This document shows positions 19,031 to 28,596 of a stretch of DNA of 64,000 nt, piece by piece. The notes below the pieces were generated by a model. It did no database searches. It saw only the letters and a program-made list of their open reading frames with translations, and was not told where the DNA came from. The DNA lies in IMG/VR virus record IMGVR_UViG_2660238657_000001, positions 106,795 through 170,794 of that record; one strand, given 5' to 3'. Positions within the stretch are counted from its first letter, which is position 1, and each line of letters begins with the position of its first letter. The DNA comes from a virus. Taxonomy: Duplodnaviria > Caudoviricetes. The position numbers were made by a program, and so were the translations under genes.

Positions 19031-19372
19031 ATGAAATATACAGGAAAATTAGATTTTAATATGAATGGGGAATATGCAATTTACACAGGAGATAAATATA
19101 TACCAATCAGTTCTATGCTGAATAGTATGTTAGGAGATGAAGTAAAAGTAAGAATCTTAAATAAGAATGATAAGGAATTATTCAAGGATCAAGGAATAAT
19201 ATTAAGAGAGAAGTTAATTACAAATGGTAGCAATCAATCTAATTTATACACATATAGAGTTAATGGACAAGATTTAGATAGTGTGTTATGGGACAATGTA
19301 GGTAAGAAGATAACTTTTATATTACATAACGGTAATAAAAATAAAGCTACAGAAGAGGAGGACATAAGATAA
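19031..19372 (+). CDS. Hypothetical protein
   Basis: 113-aa ORF with AGGAG RBS. Confidence 0.75.
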   Translation: MKYTGKLDFNMNGEYAIYTGDKYIPISSMLNSMLGDEVKVRILNKNDKELFKDQGIILREKLITNGSNQSNLYTYRVNGQDLDSVLWDNVGKKITFILHNGNKNKATEEEDIR

Positions 19373-19713
19373 TGAATAATACATATAAAATTTTAAAAAA
19401 TGAAATATTAAAGAATACTAAATACATAGAAATTAAGCATATGAGTTCATATGAGAGGTTTAATGTTGTAGAGGGTACATATAAGAGCAAAGAGTTTAAA
19501 GTGTCTTATAGCAAAGAATACGGACAATATACATATGATATAAAATTTGGTACAGATAATGAGATAGCTGAATTGATGTACGTACTATTAGTAATGGGAA
19601 TATTGGATTCAGAAGCAGTAGATGAGTGGGCTGAAATGACTATTTTAAAAAATGAGTTAAATTTAAGAAAATCAAAGAATTTTAAAACGGCTGTAAGTCG
19701 CATTCTATCGTGA
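19372..19713 (+). CDS. Hypothetical protein
   Basis: 113-aa ORF, translationally coupled (TAATG). Confidence 0.7.
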   Translation: MNNTYKILKNEILKNTKYIEIKHMSSYERFNVVEGTYKSKEFKVSYSKEYGQYTYDIKFGTDNEIAELMYVLLVMGILDSEAVDEWAEMTILKNELNLRKSKNFKTAVSRILS

Positions 19714-19895
19714 GTAAAATGGTCATAAAATGAAATCTAATAGGTTTTCTTAATATCTTATCATTTGATGAATAGAAATTAATAGAAGATGAAATTTTGA
19801 CGGTAGTATTGTTGGAGAGTTAAGACGAGAATAAAAATTAAATATATAAGAAATGAAATTAAATAATAGAATTAAAATAGGTAGGGAGGGATTAA

Positions 19896-20882
19896 ATGCC
19901 ACAAAAAAGAATGTCTACAACGGATTTTAAAGTAAAGGTATTTAATAAACATAAAAACAAAGTTGAAATTATAAGTGATTATAAAGGAGGAATAAAACCG
20001 ATAAAATTTATATATCATTGCAGTGTACATGGTGATACATATAAAACAATCAATGCTAAAAATATCTTAGCTAAAAGCTTCCAACCATGTGATGAATGTA
20101 GAAAAGAATTGCAAAGTATTAAAGCGAAACAATCTTTATCTAAGGACGATAGTTATTTTTATGAGAGATTAAAGACGTATGTTGAATCTAAAGGAGGTAA
20201 ATTAATTAGTAAAAAATGGACTTATGCCAAAGATACCTACACCATACAATGTAATGAGGGGCATATATTTAAATCAACAGCAGATAGTTTAGTTAACAAG
20301 CCACAATGGTGTCCTTATTGTAGTGGTAGAAGGGGCGATTTTGAAAATGAAATTAATAGTATAATCAAGCAGAAGAATGGAACATTATTAAGTCATTATA
20401 AGAGTGCAAATACCTATGTTAAGGTAAAATGTAATATACATAATTATGTATGGAATGTAATGCCTTTAAATATTAAAAAGGGAAAATGGTGTCCTATATG
20501 TAATTTACCATATTCAGAAAAGGTTGTTTACGATTATTTAATTAAGAATAAATATAATATGGAAGTACAATATACTTTTGATAATTTAATAAGTAAAAAG
20601 AAAGAAAAATTAAAATTTGATTTTGCTATCTTAAATCAGGATAATAAGTTATTAGGGCTAATTGAAGTTGATGATGTGGAACATAGATATAATACCAAAG
20701 ATCCTAAAAGGATAAAGGCTAGATTAAGAGATAAAAAGAAAGATGAATATTGTAAAAGCAACAATATACCCTTATTTAGAATGATATATAAAAATAATAT
20801 AGAAAAGTTTAGAGAATACGATTGGTATTATATGTACATAGACAAACAGTTGAAAGATTACTTAATACAAATACATATGTAA
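19896..20882 (+). CDS. Zinc-ribbon repeat + PD-(D/E)xK (DUF2726/Vsr-like) endonuclease, putative free-standing homing endonuclease
   Basis: Three C..H..CxxC repeats; 'SEK...FDFAI...IEVDD..H...DKKKDEYC..NNIPLFR'. Confidence 0.75.
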   Translation: MPQKRMSTTDFKVKVFNKHKNKVEIISDYKGGIKPIKFIYHCSVHGDTYKTINAKNILAKSFQPCDECRKELQSIKAKQSLSKDDSYFYERLKTYVESKGGKLISKKWTYAKDTYTIQCNEGHIFKSTADSLVNKPQWCPYCSGRRGDFENEINSIIKQKNGTLLSHYKSANTYVKVKCNIHNYVWNVMPLNIKKGKWCPICNLPYSEKVVYDYLIKNKYNMEVQYTFDNLISKKKEKLKFDFAILNQDNKLLGLIEVDDVEHRYNTKDPKRIKARLRDKKKDEYCKSNNIPLFRMIYKNNIEKFREYDWYYMYIDKQLKDYLIQIHM

Positions 20883-20920
20883 TAGGATAAAAGTTTTACA
20901 ACTATAGGGAGGGGATTATT

Positions 20921-23584
20921 ATTAGTTTAAATAAGCAAATACATATATATAGTGTAGATACAAGTGCTTTTTATAATGAAAGTGAAATGAAGATACATAA
21001 TAGGCTTAATAAATATTACTTATTTAGAAAAATATTAAATGAAAAATTAAATAGAATAAATCAAAAGGTGGATAAGTGCAAAGATGAATCTAATAAAACT
21101 CAATATATTACTCTACATAAGATTACAGAACACACATTCAAAAGTATAAATAAAAAAATAAAGATAATAAAAGATACTTTATATGAAGAGTTTAAAGCAA
21201 CAAAACAGTTTAATTATAAAAATAGAGATATTAGAGAACTAAATCAAGAATATCTAAATATAAAAAATGTAATTTCTGTATTTGAATCTACCTTAACTAG
21301 AGTTATGCAAGTACCAATAGACACTTTAACCGAAGATTTAATAATTGTACAAACTTATTTCTTTGAAATAATCGAAGATTTAATTTTAGATGGATTCATG
21401 CTTAAAGGAGAAAAATATACTTGTTTAACCGCTAGTGCAGGACAAATAAGGACTAAAAAAACAGTATTTATTAAAGAAAGCCAATTAAAAAGATATTACG
21501 ATACTCTAAGTTGTGGACTAACCATAGAACGTATTAATGAATGTGGTGGAGTTAATATAAACAAATATTTAGCGTATTTAGCCTTAAACAATAGTGCTAC
21601 AGATGAGTGGAAAGATTTTGATATAACTAAAACTATAGTAGTTGATGATTTTGAAACTGATGTTAAAGAAACTGTAGACTTAATAGATGATGAAACATAT
21701 ACAATAGAAAGAGTTATCAAAGATGTGCCAATTCCTCACATGGATGGTTGTGGAATAATGCTACCTAAATTAGGTAGAAATAGAATGTTTAGATCACCTT
21801 GGGTCAAGGGGTTATTAATATCATCACCATTTAATAAATTTATTAGAGAAAAAAGTAAAGAATTAGGTAAATATTGTGGTATAGTAAAAGATATATATGG
21901 GAAGGAACATGACATATTAAAAGAAAAAATAGAAATTATATTTACCAAAAGTCAATTTAAAATGTGGAAATATTATAAAAGTTGGGAAGAATATATAGAC
22001 AACTTCATCAAATATAATTGTCAAGCAGGAACATGTAATGAGGAAGAAGACAAATTTCAGAAAGCCAAAATTAATTATCAAATGTTGCAAACATTGACGG
22101 ATATAACTGATACGGAACTACAAGAGATATCTAAAAAGACTATTAATAAAATTAAAAATATAAGTAATGATAAGAATACTATGCTAAAGGTTTTAGGTGT
22201 CACTTCTGCAAATAGAAATAAAAACTATTTACAGCAATCATTAGAAATATATCCAGAGTTGTTAAATGATACATATAATAAAGAAATATTAAAAAATGTT
22301 AAAAAGAGTTTAGTGAAAGAAGGCAGAGCAGGTAAGTTAGATATAGATGCCATATATACATTCTTAGCACCTGATACATATGCATTTTGTGAATGGCTAT
22401 TTTTACATGAAGAAAATCCTAAAGGATTATTGCAAAATGGTGAAGTATGGTGTAGCTTTTATGATAATAAACCTGAATTAGACTGTTTAAGAAGTCCTCA
22501 TTTATATAGAGAACACGCAGTAAGAAAAAATGTAGCATATAAGAGTGAGGAAAATGAAGATCGAATAAAGGAAATGAAAAGATGGTTTAATACTAAAGCA
22601 ATATATACTAGCACACATGATATTATAAGTAAAATATTAATGTTTGATGTAGATGGTGATAAATCATTAGTATGTGCTGAACCACTACTTGTTGAAGTAG
22701 CAAAAAGAAATATGAAGGGAATTGTTCCTTTGTATTACAATATGAGAAAAGCTGAACCTACAATAATTAATAGTCAAAGTATATACAATGGATTGAAAAG
22801 TGCTTACACAGGAGGAAATATAGGTGAAATTAGTAATAATATAAGTAAAATATGGAATAGTGACAATGCTGATATTAATGTAATTAAATTATTATGTATG
22901 GAGAACAATTTCACGATCGATTTTGCTAAGACATTATATAAACCTCAAAGACCAAAGAAAATGAAAAAAATAATAAATCAATATACTAAATTAAAAGTAC
23001 CTCATTTTTTTATATATGCTAAAGACAAAGATAATAGTAAAGTTGAAACAATTAATAATAGTGTGGTTAATAGGCTAGAAAAAACTATCCCAAATCCTAG
23101 AATTAGTTTTAAAAATACACAATTAGGTAAATTTGATTATAATATGTTAATGCATAATAAAAAAGTGAAAATGGATAAGAAAATAATTGATAAATATACC
23201 GAATTAGATTTGAAGAAACCTTTCTTAATCGGTAAGAACAAGGACGGAAAAGTTGATAATGTAGTATTCTTATATCAAGATATTAAAAATCAATTATTAG
23301 AAGTTTATAATGATGAAGTATATATAACAGATGTTTTAATTAAATACTTATATGGAGATAAAAAAGCCAAATTCAAAACTACATTATGGGAGTGCTTTGG
23401 TAATATAATAGTAGAAAATTTAAAATTAAATATTAAGAATAAATTAAAAGGCACAATTCAATGTGAAAAATGTGGTAAGAGAATTAAAGTATCGAATAAT
23501 AGAATTAAGTATTGTGCAAAATGTGCTAAGGAAATAAATATAAAAAAGACAGCTAATAATAGAAAGAAACGTAAAAGTGTTTGA
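20921..23584 (+). CDS. YonO-like single-subunit two-barrel DNA-dependent RNA polymerase
   Basis: Catalytic 'FDVDGD', 'HMDGCG', 'LRSPHLYREH' motifs; in-frame upstream extension ISLNKQIHIYSVDTSAFYN after GGAGG suggests ATT start at 20921 (ORF track starts at 20987). Confidence 0.9.
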   Translation: MSLNKQIHIYSVDTSAFYNESEMKIHNRLNKYYLFRKILNEKLNRINQKVDKCKDESNKTQYITLHKITEHTFKSINKKIKIIKDTLYEEFKATKQFNYKNRDIRELNQEYLNIKNVISVFESTLTRVMQVPIDTLTEDLIIVQTYFFEIIEDLILDGFMLKGEKYTCLTASAGQIRTKKTVFIKESQLKRYYDTLSCGLTIERINECGGVNINKYLAYLALNNSATDEWKDFDITKTIVVDDFETDVKETVDLIDDETYTIERVIKDVPIPHMDGCGIMLPKLGRNRMFRSPWVKGLLISSPFNKFIREKSKELGKYCGIVKDIYGKEHDILKEKIEIIFTKSQFKMWKYYKSWEEYIDNFIKYNCQAGTCNEEEDKFQKAKINYQMLQTLTDITDTELQEISKKTINKIKNISNDKNTMLKVLGVTSANRNKNYLQQSLEIYPELLNDTYNKEILKNVKKSLVKEGRAGKLDIDAIYTFLAPDTYAFCEWLFLHEENPKGLLQNGEVWCSFYDNKPELDCLRSPHLYREHAVRKNVAYKSEENEDRIKEMKRWFNTKAIYTSTHDIISKILMFDVDGDKSLVCAEPLLVEVAKRNMKGIVPLYYNMRKAEPTIINSQSIYNGLKSAYTGGNIGEISNNISKIWNSDNADINVIKLLCMENNFTIDFAKTLYKPQRPKKMKKIINQYTKLKVPHFFIYAKDKDNSKVETINNSVVNRLEKTIPNPRISFKNTQLGKFDYNMLMHNKKVKMDKKIIDKYTELDLKKPFLIGKNKDGKVDNVVFLYQDIKNQLLEVYNDEVYITDVLIKYLYGDKKAKFKTTLWECFGNIIVENLKLNIKNKLKGTIQCEKCGKRIKVSNNRIKYCAKCAKEINIKKTANNRKKRKSV

Positions 23585-23865
23585 TTTAAACAAGCCTTGT
23601 AACCCTTGATATATCTACGTTTGAAGGGTGTCTACGAAAAATTATGATTGTATGAAAATACAATGAAACCATTGGCGTATAAGGGTTTGAAGCACTTTTA
23701 TAACCTAAAAACGTAATCTCCTCTAAGGGGGACAGGTAGTATCTATATTTACAAAAACCCAGAGGTTGTATAAATCTTCCCCATTTTAATAAAATTAAAT
23801 TAAAAATTAAAAATAAAAAATACAAATAGTCCAAGAGACTTAAAACATGAAAGGAGAAATATTTT

Positions 23866-24153
23866 ATGAACAAAACTGAATTAGTAAACTCAATGGCTGA
23901 AAAGGCAGTATTAACAAAAAAGGACGCTGAACTAGCACTAAAAGCATTTATTGAAAGTGTTAAAGAGGCTTTAAAAGAAGGTAAAAAGATACAACTAATA
24001 GGATTTGGAACTTTTGAAACTAGAGAACAAAAAGGCAGAACAGGAACTATTAATTTTGGATCAAAGAAAGGTGAAACTTATACTTCAAAAGATAAGATAG
24101 TTCCAGTATTTAAAGCAGGTAGACAACTTAAAGAAATAGTAGATAATAAATAG
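23866..24153 (+). CDS. hup: HU family DNA-binding protein
   Basis: 'MNKTELV...IQLIGFGTFE...PVFKAG' HU signature; same position as SPbeta yonN. Confidence 0.95.
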   Translation: MNKTELVNSMAEKAVLTKKDAELALKAFIESVKEALKEGKKIQLIGFGTFETREQKGRTGTINFGSKKGETYTSKDKIVPVFKAGRQLKEIVDNK

Positions 24154-24232
24154 TACATATGGGGAAGTTTATTCTTCCCTATCATTAAAATGAATAATTA
24201 TACATTGTTTAATATGGAAAGGATGAAGTTTT

Positions 24233-24454
24233 ATGGCAGAAAAGAAATTAGTTAAGTTTAAAAGAACAGAGAATACAATTGGTCAGGTTGAAGCTGATTT
24301 TAAAATTGAAGATGGAAAAATCTATTTTCAAACTGAAGAAGATACAGAATTTAGATTGCTAACTGATTTAGATGAAATTAAATATTTCAATGGAAAATAT
24401 GGAGTTTTATCATTCAAAGAAAAGGCAGAATCAGAAGAAATTCCAGAAGAATAA
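24233..24454 (+). CDS. Small acidic protein (YonK-like position)
   Basis: 73 aa, AAGGA RBS; synteny with SPbeta late region. Confidence 0.7.
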   Translation: MAEKKLVKFKRTENTIGQVEADFKIEDGKIYFQTEEDTEFRLLTDLDEIKYFNGKYGVLSFKEKAESEEIPEE

Positions 24455-24589
24455 ATTGTGCCTATGGGGGTAGGTAGCATTATTTTTATCTATTCTGGAA
24501 AAGTGCCAGTTTCTTAAAACTTTTTTGTTTTATCTAATAGCATTAAGGAAATAAATTAAAATTCCTATGATTAATTTCATAGGAATCAT

Positions 24590-24680
24590 GGATTGTTAGT
24601 TTAAGTTGGTAAAATACTGATTTTATATACACCTCCCCTTAAATAAATCAGAGATATGAGTTCGAATCTCATGCAATCCT
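24590..24680 (+). tRNA. tRNA-like gene with 25-nt anticodon loop (possible tRNA-Ile(UAU) plus 18-nt insertion, or pseudo-tRNA)
   Basis: Acceptor GGATTGT/GCAATCC, D-loop TTGGTA, anticodon stem CTGAT/ATCAG, T arm ATGAG-TTCGAAT-CTCAT; no encoded CCA. Confidence 0.6.
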
Positions 24681-24723
24681 CCCTCCCTTAAAGGCTTAAC
24701 GCCGATTGAATTCACAATAATAT

Positions 24724-24798
24724 GTAGGTATGGTGTAACGGCTAACATGATAGTCTCCAAAACTATTGATGTAGGTTCGATTCCTACTACCTATGCCA
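24724..24798 (+). tRNA. tRNA-Trp (CCA)
   Basis: Cloverleaf: GTAGGTA/TACCTAT acceptor, ATAGT-CTCCAAA-ACTAT anticodon arm, GTAGG-TTCGATT-CCTAC T arm, 3' GCCA. Confidence 0.92.
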
Positions 24799-24837
24799 AA
24801 ATAATAAAATTAAAATAAGAAAGGTGTTGTTGTATTA

Positions 24838-25476
24838 ATGGTACAAGAAATAACAATAGCAAGAGCATTAACAGAATTAAAAACTTTAGATAAGAAAATT
24901 AATAAAAAAATAAGCGAAAGTAAATTTGCAATAGTATGTAAGCAATCATCAAAAAAAGTTGACGGTATTCAGACTAGAGAGGAATTTAATCAAAGTGCTA
25001 AATCTTCTTATGATAGTATAGTTGATTTAATTGCTAGAAGGAATGAAATAAAAACTAAAATAGTAGCTAGTAATGCAATAACAAAAGTAGCAATAGCAAA
25101 TAAAGAATATACTGTTGCTGAAGCAATAGAAAGAAAAAATAGTATAGAACTAGATAAGATGTTATTGGTATCTATGAGAAATGACTATAATAGAGCGTTG
25201 GCTTTATATGAATCAAGTAATAATAAAGTAGAACAGCAATTAAATGAACATTTAGAAACTATGTTTGGTACTGAAACTAAGCAAAAGGATAATGATGTAA
25301 CAATATTTACAGAAAATTTCAGGAAACAACATGGATATGAAATAATTGATCCACTCAAACTAAAAGAGAAAGTAGATAAATTGACAGATGAAATAGATAG
25401 TTTTGAAACAGAAGTAGATGCTTGTCTAAGTGAATCAAATGCTATAACTAAGATAACAATTTCAGATGATAAATAA
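24838..25476 (+). CDS. Coiled-coil protein, DUF6847/DIP1984-like
   Basis: 'ITIARALTELK...IVASNAIT...TVAEAIERK...IDP...VDACLSESNAITKI' family pattern. Confidence 0.75.
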   Translation: MVQEITIARALTELKTLDKKINKKISESKFAIVCKQSSKKVDGIQTREEFNQSAKSSYDSIVDLIARRNEIKTKIVASNAITKVAIANKEYTVAEAIERKNSIELDKMLLVSMRNDYNRALALYESSNNKVEQQLNEHLETMFGTETKQKDNDVTIFTENFRKQHGYEIIDPLKLKEKVDKLTDEIDSFETEVDACLSESNAITKITISDDK

Positions 25477-25503
25477 GTAATATAAGCTTTACATAGTAAT
25501 ATA

Positions 25504-25836
25504 TTGTGAGTTATATGAAAACTAAGAATCTATATTCGCCTGTGGTTGGCGTTACAACCACAACTAAAAATTTCAAGAATGGGATATTGAAAAATAGAAG
25601 AATAAACGTAGGAATACGTTATACAACAATGATATACAATAGTGATATATCATTAATATCTGTAAAAGTTCAAAGTTGTAAAGTTTAAATTTCAATGTTC
25701 AAAATTCAAAGTTCTTATGAATTCAAAGTTGTAGAGTTTAAAAATTAAGGTTATAAAGTTTTTTAAAATCTATGATATAGGTTTAGGAGATAATATAGTT
25801 ATCCGTTAGAAGTCCACATAGCTATATAATTCACAA
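25504..25836 (+). ncRNA. Putative structured ncRNA with YAAAGUU heptamer array
   Basis: 13-bp closing stem TTGTGAGTTATAT/ATATAATTCACAA, several internal hairpins, ~13 heptamers at 25664-25760. Confidence 0.6.
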
Positions 25837-25849
25837 ATTATATTAAATT

Positions 25850-26220
25850 AATGACCGTTAACTTAATGTTAGAAATGCTACCATATTGGTCGGTAAGCTT
25901 GGGATGTAGATGCCCGTAATTGGAGTGGAAGAACACGTGGGTTACTAGTTCGAATCCATTATATAATAACAACTATATTACTCACGAGTGGGGTAATAGT
26001 AAAAATTCTCTGTGGTGGAGAATCAAAATATGAGCCAAATGTTTAATGGTGGGTGATTCGCTCCCCACTACAACTTTGGTGAGTGAATAATAACCTCACT
26101 AATGTTGTAATATTTTTATGTTTGGGATTGACATGAATTAAAAAAATTAATTACAAAAATTAATCTCTGTTATGAAACAAACACTTACTTTTGATAGGGT
26201 TGAGTGTTTTCATGTCCAGA
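25850..26220 (+). ncRNA. Putative large structured ncRNA
   Basis: No ORF; raised GC; serial hairpins (ATTCTC/GAGAAT, GTGGG/CCCAC, ACAAC..GTGAG/CTCAC..GTTGT, GACATG/CATGTC, AAACACTTA/TGAGTGTTT). Confidence 0.45.
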
Positions 26221-26459
26221 AACATAATATTTAGAGTTTATCTTATAGAAATAAGGTAGACTCTTTTTATTTAAATTTTAAAAATTAAATTAAAAATATT
26301 CCATAAATTAAGGTAGCAATATATACATACACATACTATACTCCATGTATAGAATTAGTCCTCCATATATAGGAGTGAAATGTGCGTGTGTGTATATTGG
26401 TGCTTTAATTAGCATACATTGGAGGTTTAACAGTACCCAAAAACTGTGGAGGACAATTT

Positions 26460-27278
26460 ATGAATAATAATTTACAGGTATTTACAAATGAACAATTTGG
26501 ACAAGTTAGAATGACAGAAATAAACGGAAAACCTTATGCAGTTGCTAATGACGTTTTAAAATCGCTTGGTTATTCAGAAGGAAGTTGGAGAACTACATTG
26601 TCAAGAAAATGTAAAGGCGTTACAAAATGTAACGGGTTAAAAGTTAATGGAATTGAGGTCAATCTAATTCCTGAAGGTGATATCTATAGATTGATTACTG
26701 GATCACATTTACCACAAGCTGAAAAGTTTGAAACATGGGTCTTTGATGAAGTATTACCTGATATTCGTAAAACAGGTGGTTATGTAGCTAATGCAGATTT
26801 AATGGTTAATACATATTTTGGAACGCTAGATGATACACATAAAACTATTGTTAAAGGTTTATTTGAAAATATAGAAAATCAACAAAAACAAATAATACAA
26901 TTAAAAGATGATAATGAAACATTAGATAAAGAAAATGATTTGTTAAGTGGTGAAAACTTAAAATGGGCTGATAGAAATTTGATAAATGCTTTAGTTAGAG
27001 CTTATGGAAGTAAATTAGGTAACTTTGGTGAAGCATGGACTAAGTTCAAGAAAGAAATATTATACAAACATAGTATAAATATAAATGCTAGAATTACAAA
27101 TTTCATGAACTCAACAGGTAAAAAGACTAAGCCAAGAACTTTAAAAATGTTGCATGACGAAGAACTATCTAATGCAGTAAGTACAATAGTAGCATTGTGC
27201 AGAGATAATGATGTAGATATCTCAGACATTATTAAAAAATATGAAAATGAATTAAATAGAAAGGAATTAGCTGGTTAA
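26460..27278 (+). CDS. BRO-N domain phage antirepressor
   Basis: 'FTNEQFGQVR...IPEGDIYRLI...FETWVFDEVLPDIRKTGGY'. Confidence 0.9.
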   Translation: MNNNLQVFTNEQFGQVRMTEINGKPYAVANDVLKSLGYSEGSWRTTLSRKCKGVTKCNGLKVNGIEVNLIPEGDIYRLITGSHLPQAEKFETWVFDEVLPDIRKTGGYVANADLMVNTYFGTLDDTHKTIVKGLFENIENQQKQIIQLKDDNETLDKENDLLSGENLKWADRNLINALVRAYGSKLGNFGEAWTKFKKEILYKHSININARITNFMNSTGKKTKPRTLKMLHDEELSNAVSTIVALCRDNDVDISDIIKKYENELNRKELAG

Positions 27279-28306
27279 TGTTAGATAATAAAATTAAAAA
27301 ACAAGATAATGAAACTATCAGACAGTATGAAGCTAGATTATATAGAAACAAAGTTGCATATGGATTAAATAATAAGAAAATATGGAAATTAATGAATGAA
27401 ATAGAAGGTAAGAATCTAGGTGAATCTACTAGGAGATGTCGTAGTTTTGATTATAACTTAGGTAGACAAGATACTTTAATAGAAATAAATAAGAAATATG
27501 ATAAAAATGTAATGATAATAAACGATCTTCATGTACCATATGAGAGAAAAGATGCGTTGGAAATAATACAAAAACATTCGCATGAAATTGACACTTTGGT
27601 TATTGCAGGAGATTTAATGGATTGTGAAGCTATATCAAGTTTTCCTAAAGTACAAAGAATGTCATTAGTACAAGAGTTGGTTTATGCATATAACTTCTTA
27701 AAGAAAGTAAGAAAAATATTGAATAATGGACAAAAGATAGTCTTATTCAATGGGAATCATGAAGAAAGATTATACAAGGAAATTTGTAATATGCAAAAGA
27801 AGGACTTACAAAAATTCTTGAATCCTAATATATTATCAATGTTAGTTGATGGATTCACGATTTATGAAGATGATAAAAAAGTAACTTATGAAGGAATTGC
27901 AGATATAACATATATTCCTCATTGGTATGTTAATTTAGATGAAAAATTAATAGTATGTCATCCAAAGGGGTTCTCACAAATTGATGGTAGGTTATGTGAA
28001 TCAGTAGTTGCACATTTCTTAAACAAACAAGAGAAATTCGATGTTGCAGTATTTGGACATACTCATAAACAAAGTCAAATGATAGTATCAAGAAGACAAG
28101 GTGTATTTTCAGTAGAAAATGGATGTATGTGTAATCCAATGAAATATGCTGATTGTGGTAAATTAAATTATACTAATCAAGATTATTGCTATACTATCAT
28201 AAGATATAATAATGATGAAAAAATTAATTATAATAATATTAAAACATATTATTTAGATGAATTAAAAGAGAATGATAGGAAAGAAGATTATACATTAATA
28301 TTGTAA
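27278..28306 (+). CDS. Calcineurin-like metallophosphoesterase
   Basis: DLH, GDLMD, GNHE, GHTH motifs. Confidence 0.9.
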   Translation: MLDNKIKKQDNETIRQYEARLYRNKVAYGLNNKKIWKLMNEIEGKNLGESTRRCRSFDYNLGRQDTLIEINKKYDKNVMIINDLHVPYERKDALEIIQKHSHEIDTLVIAGDLMDCEAISSFPKVQRMSLVQELVYAYNFLKKVRKILNNGQKIVLFNGNHEERLYKEICNMQKKDLQKFLNPNILSMLVDGFTIYEDDKKVTYEGIADITYIPHWYVNLDEKLIVCHPKGFSQIDGRLCESVVAHFLNKQEKFDVAVFGHTHKQSQMIVSRRQGVFSVENGCMCNPMKYADCGKLNYTNQDYCYTIIRYNNDEKINYNNIKTYYLDELKENDRKEDYTLIL

Positions 28307-28320
28307 AAAGGATGATTAAA

Positions 28321-28413
28321 TTGGAAAGAATACTTTTTTCTATAGCTGGAGTGATAATAGCTATACCTTTTATAATATGGCTAGAAAAATTATTATTAAA
28401 AAGGTGGTTATAA
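28321..28413 (+). CDS. Small hydrophobic peptide, 30 aa
   Basis: TTG start after AAGGA; MERILFSIAGVIIAIPFIIWLEKLLLKRWL*. Confidence 0.45.
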   Translation: MERILFSIAGVIIAIPFIIWLEKLLLKRWL

Positions 28414-28596
28414 GTCTAATTATTTAGACTACATATACATATAACAAAAATACCGTAGAAAGGACGAAGTTAGGTGAAAAACAAAACAACTTAGACTAAG
28501 CAATCACATATATTGTGGTTGCTATTTTAATGAAGGAATTAGAATTAGATAAAGTCGATACTAGATTAAAATGATTAATAGAAAGGAATTGATTAA

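Noticed and set aside
25506-25688. 60-aa ORF from the ORF track
   Set aside because: No SD; it overlaps the closing stem, hairpins and 7-nt repeats, which are better explained as RNA structure
25664-25760. Heptamer run as a CRISPR array or simple microsatellite
   Set aside because: No spacers or cas genes; units are degenerate and embedded in a closed structure, unlike slippage repeats
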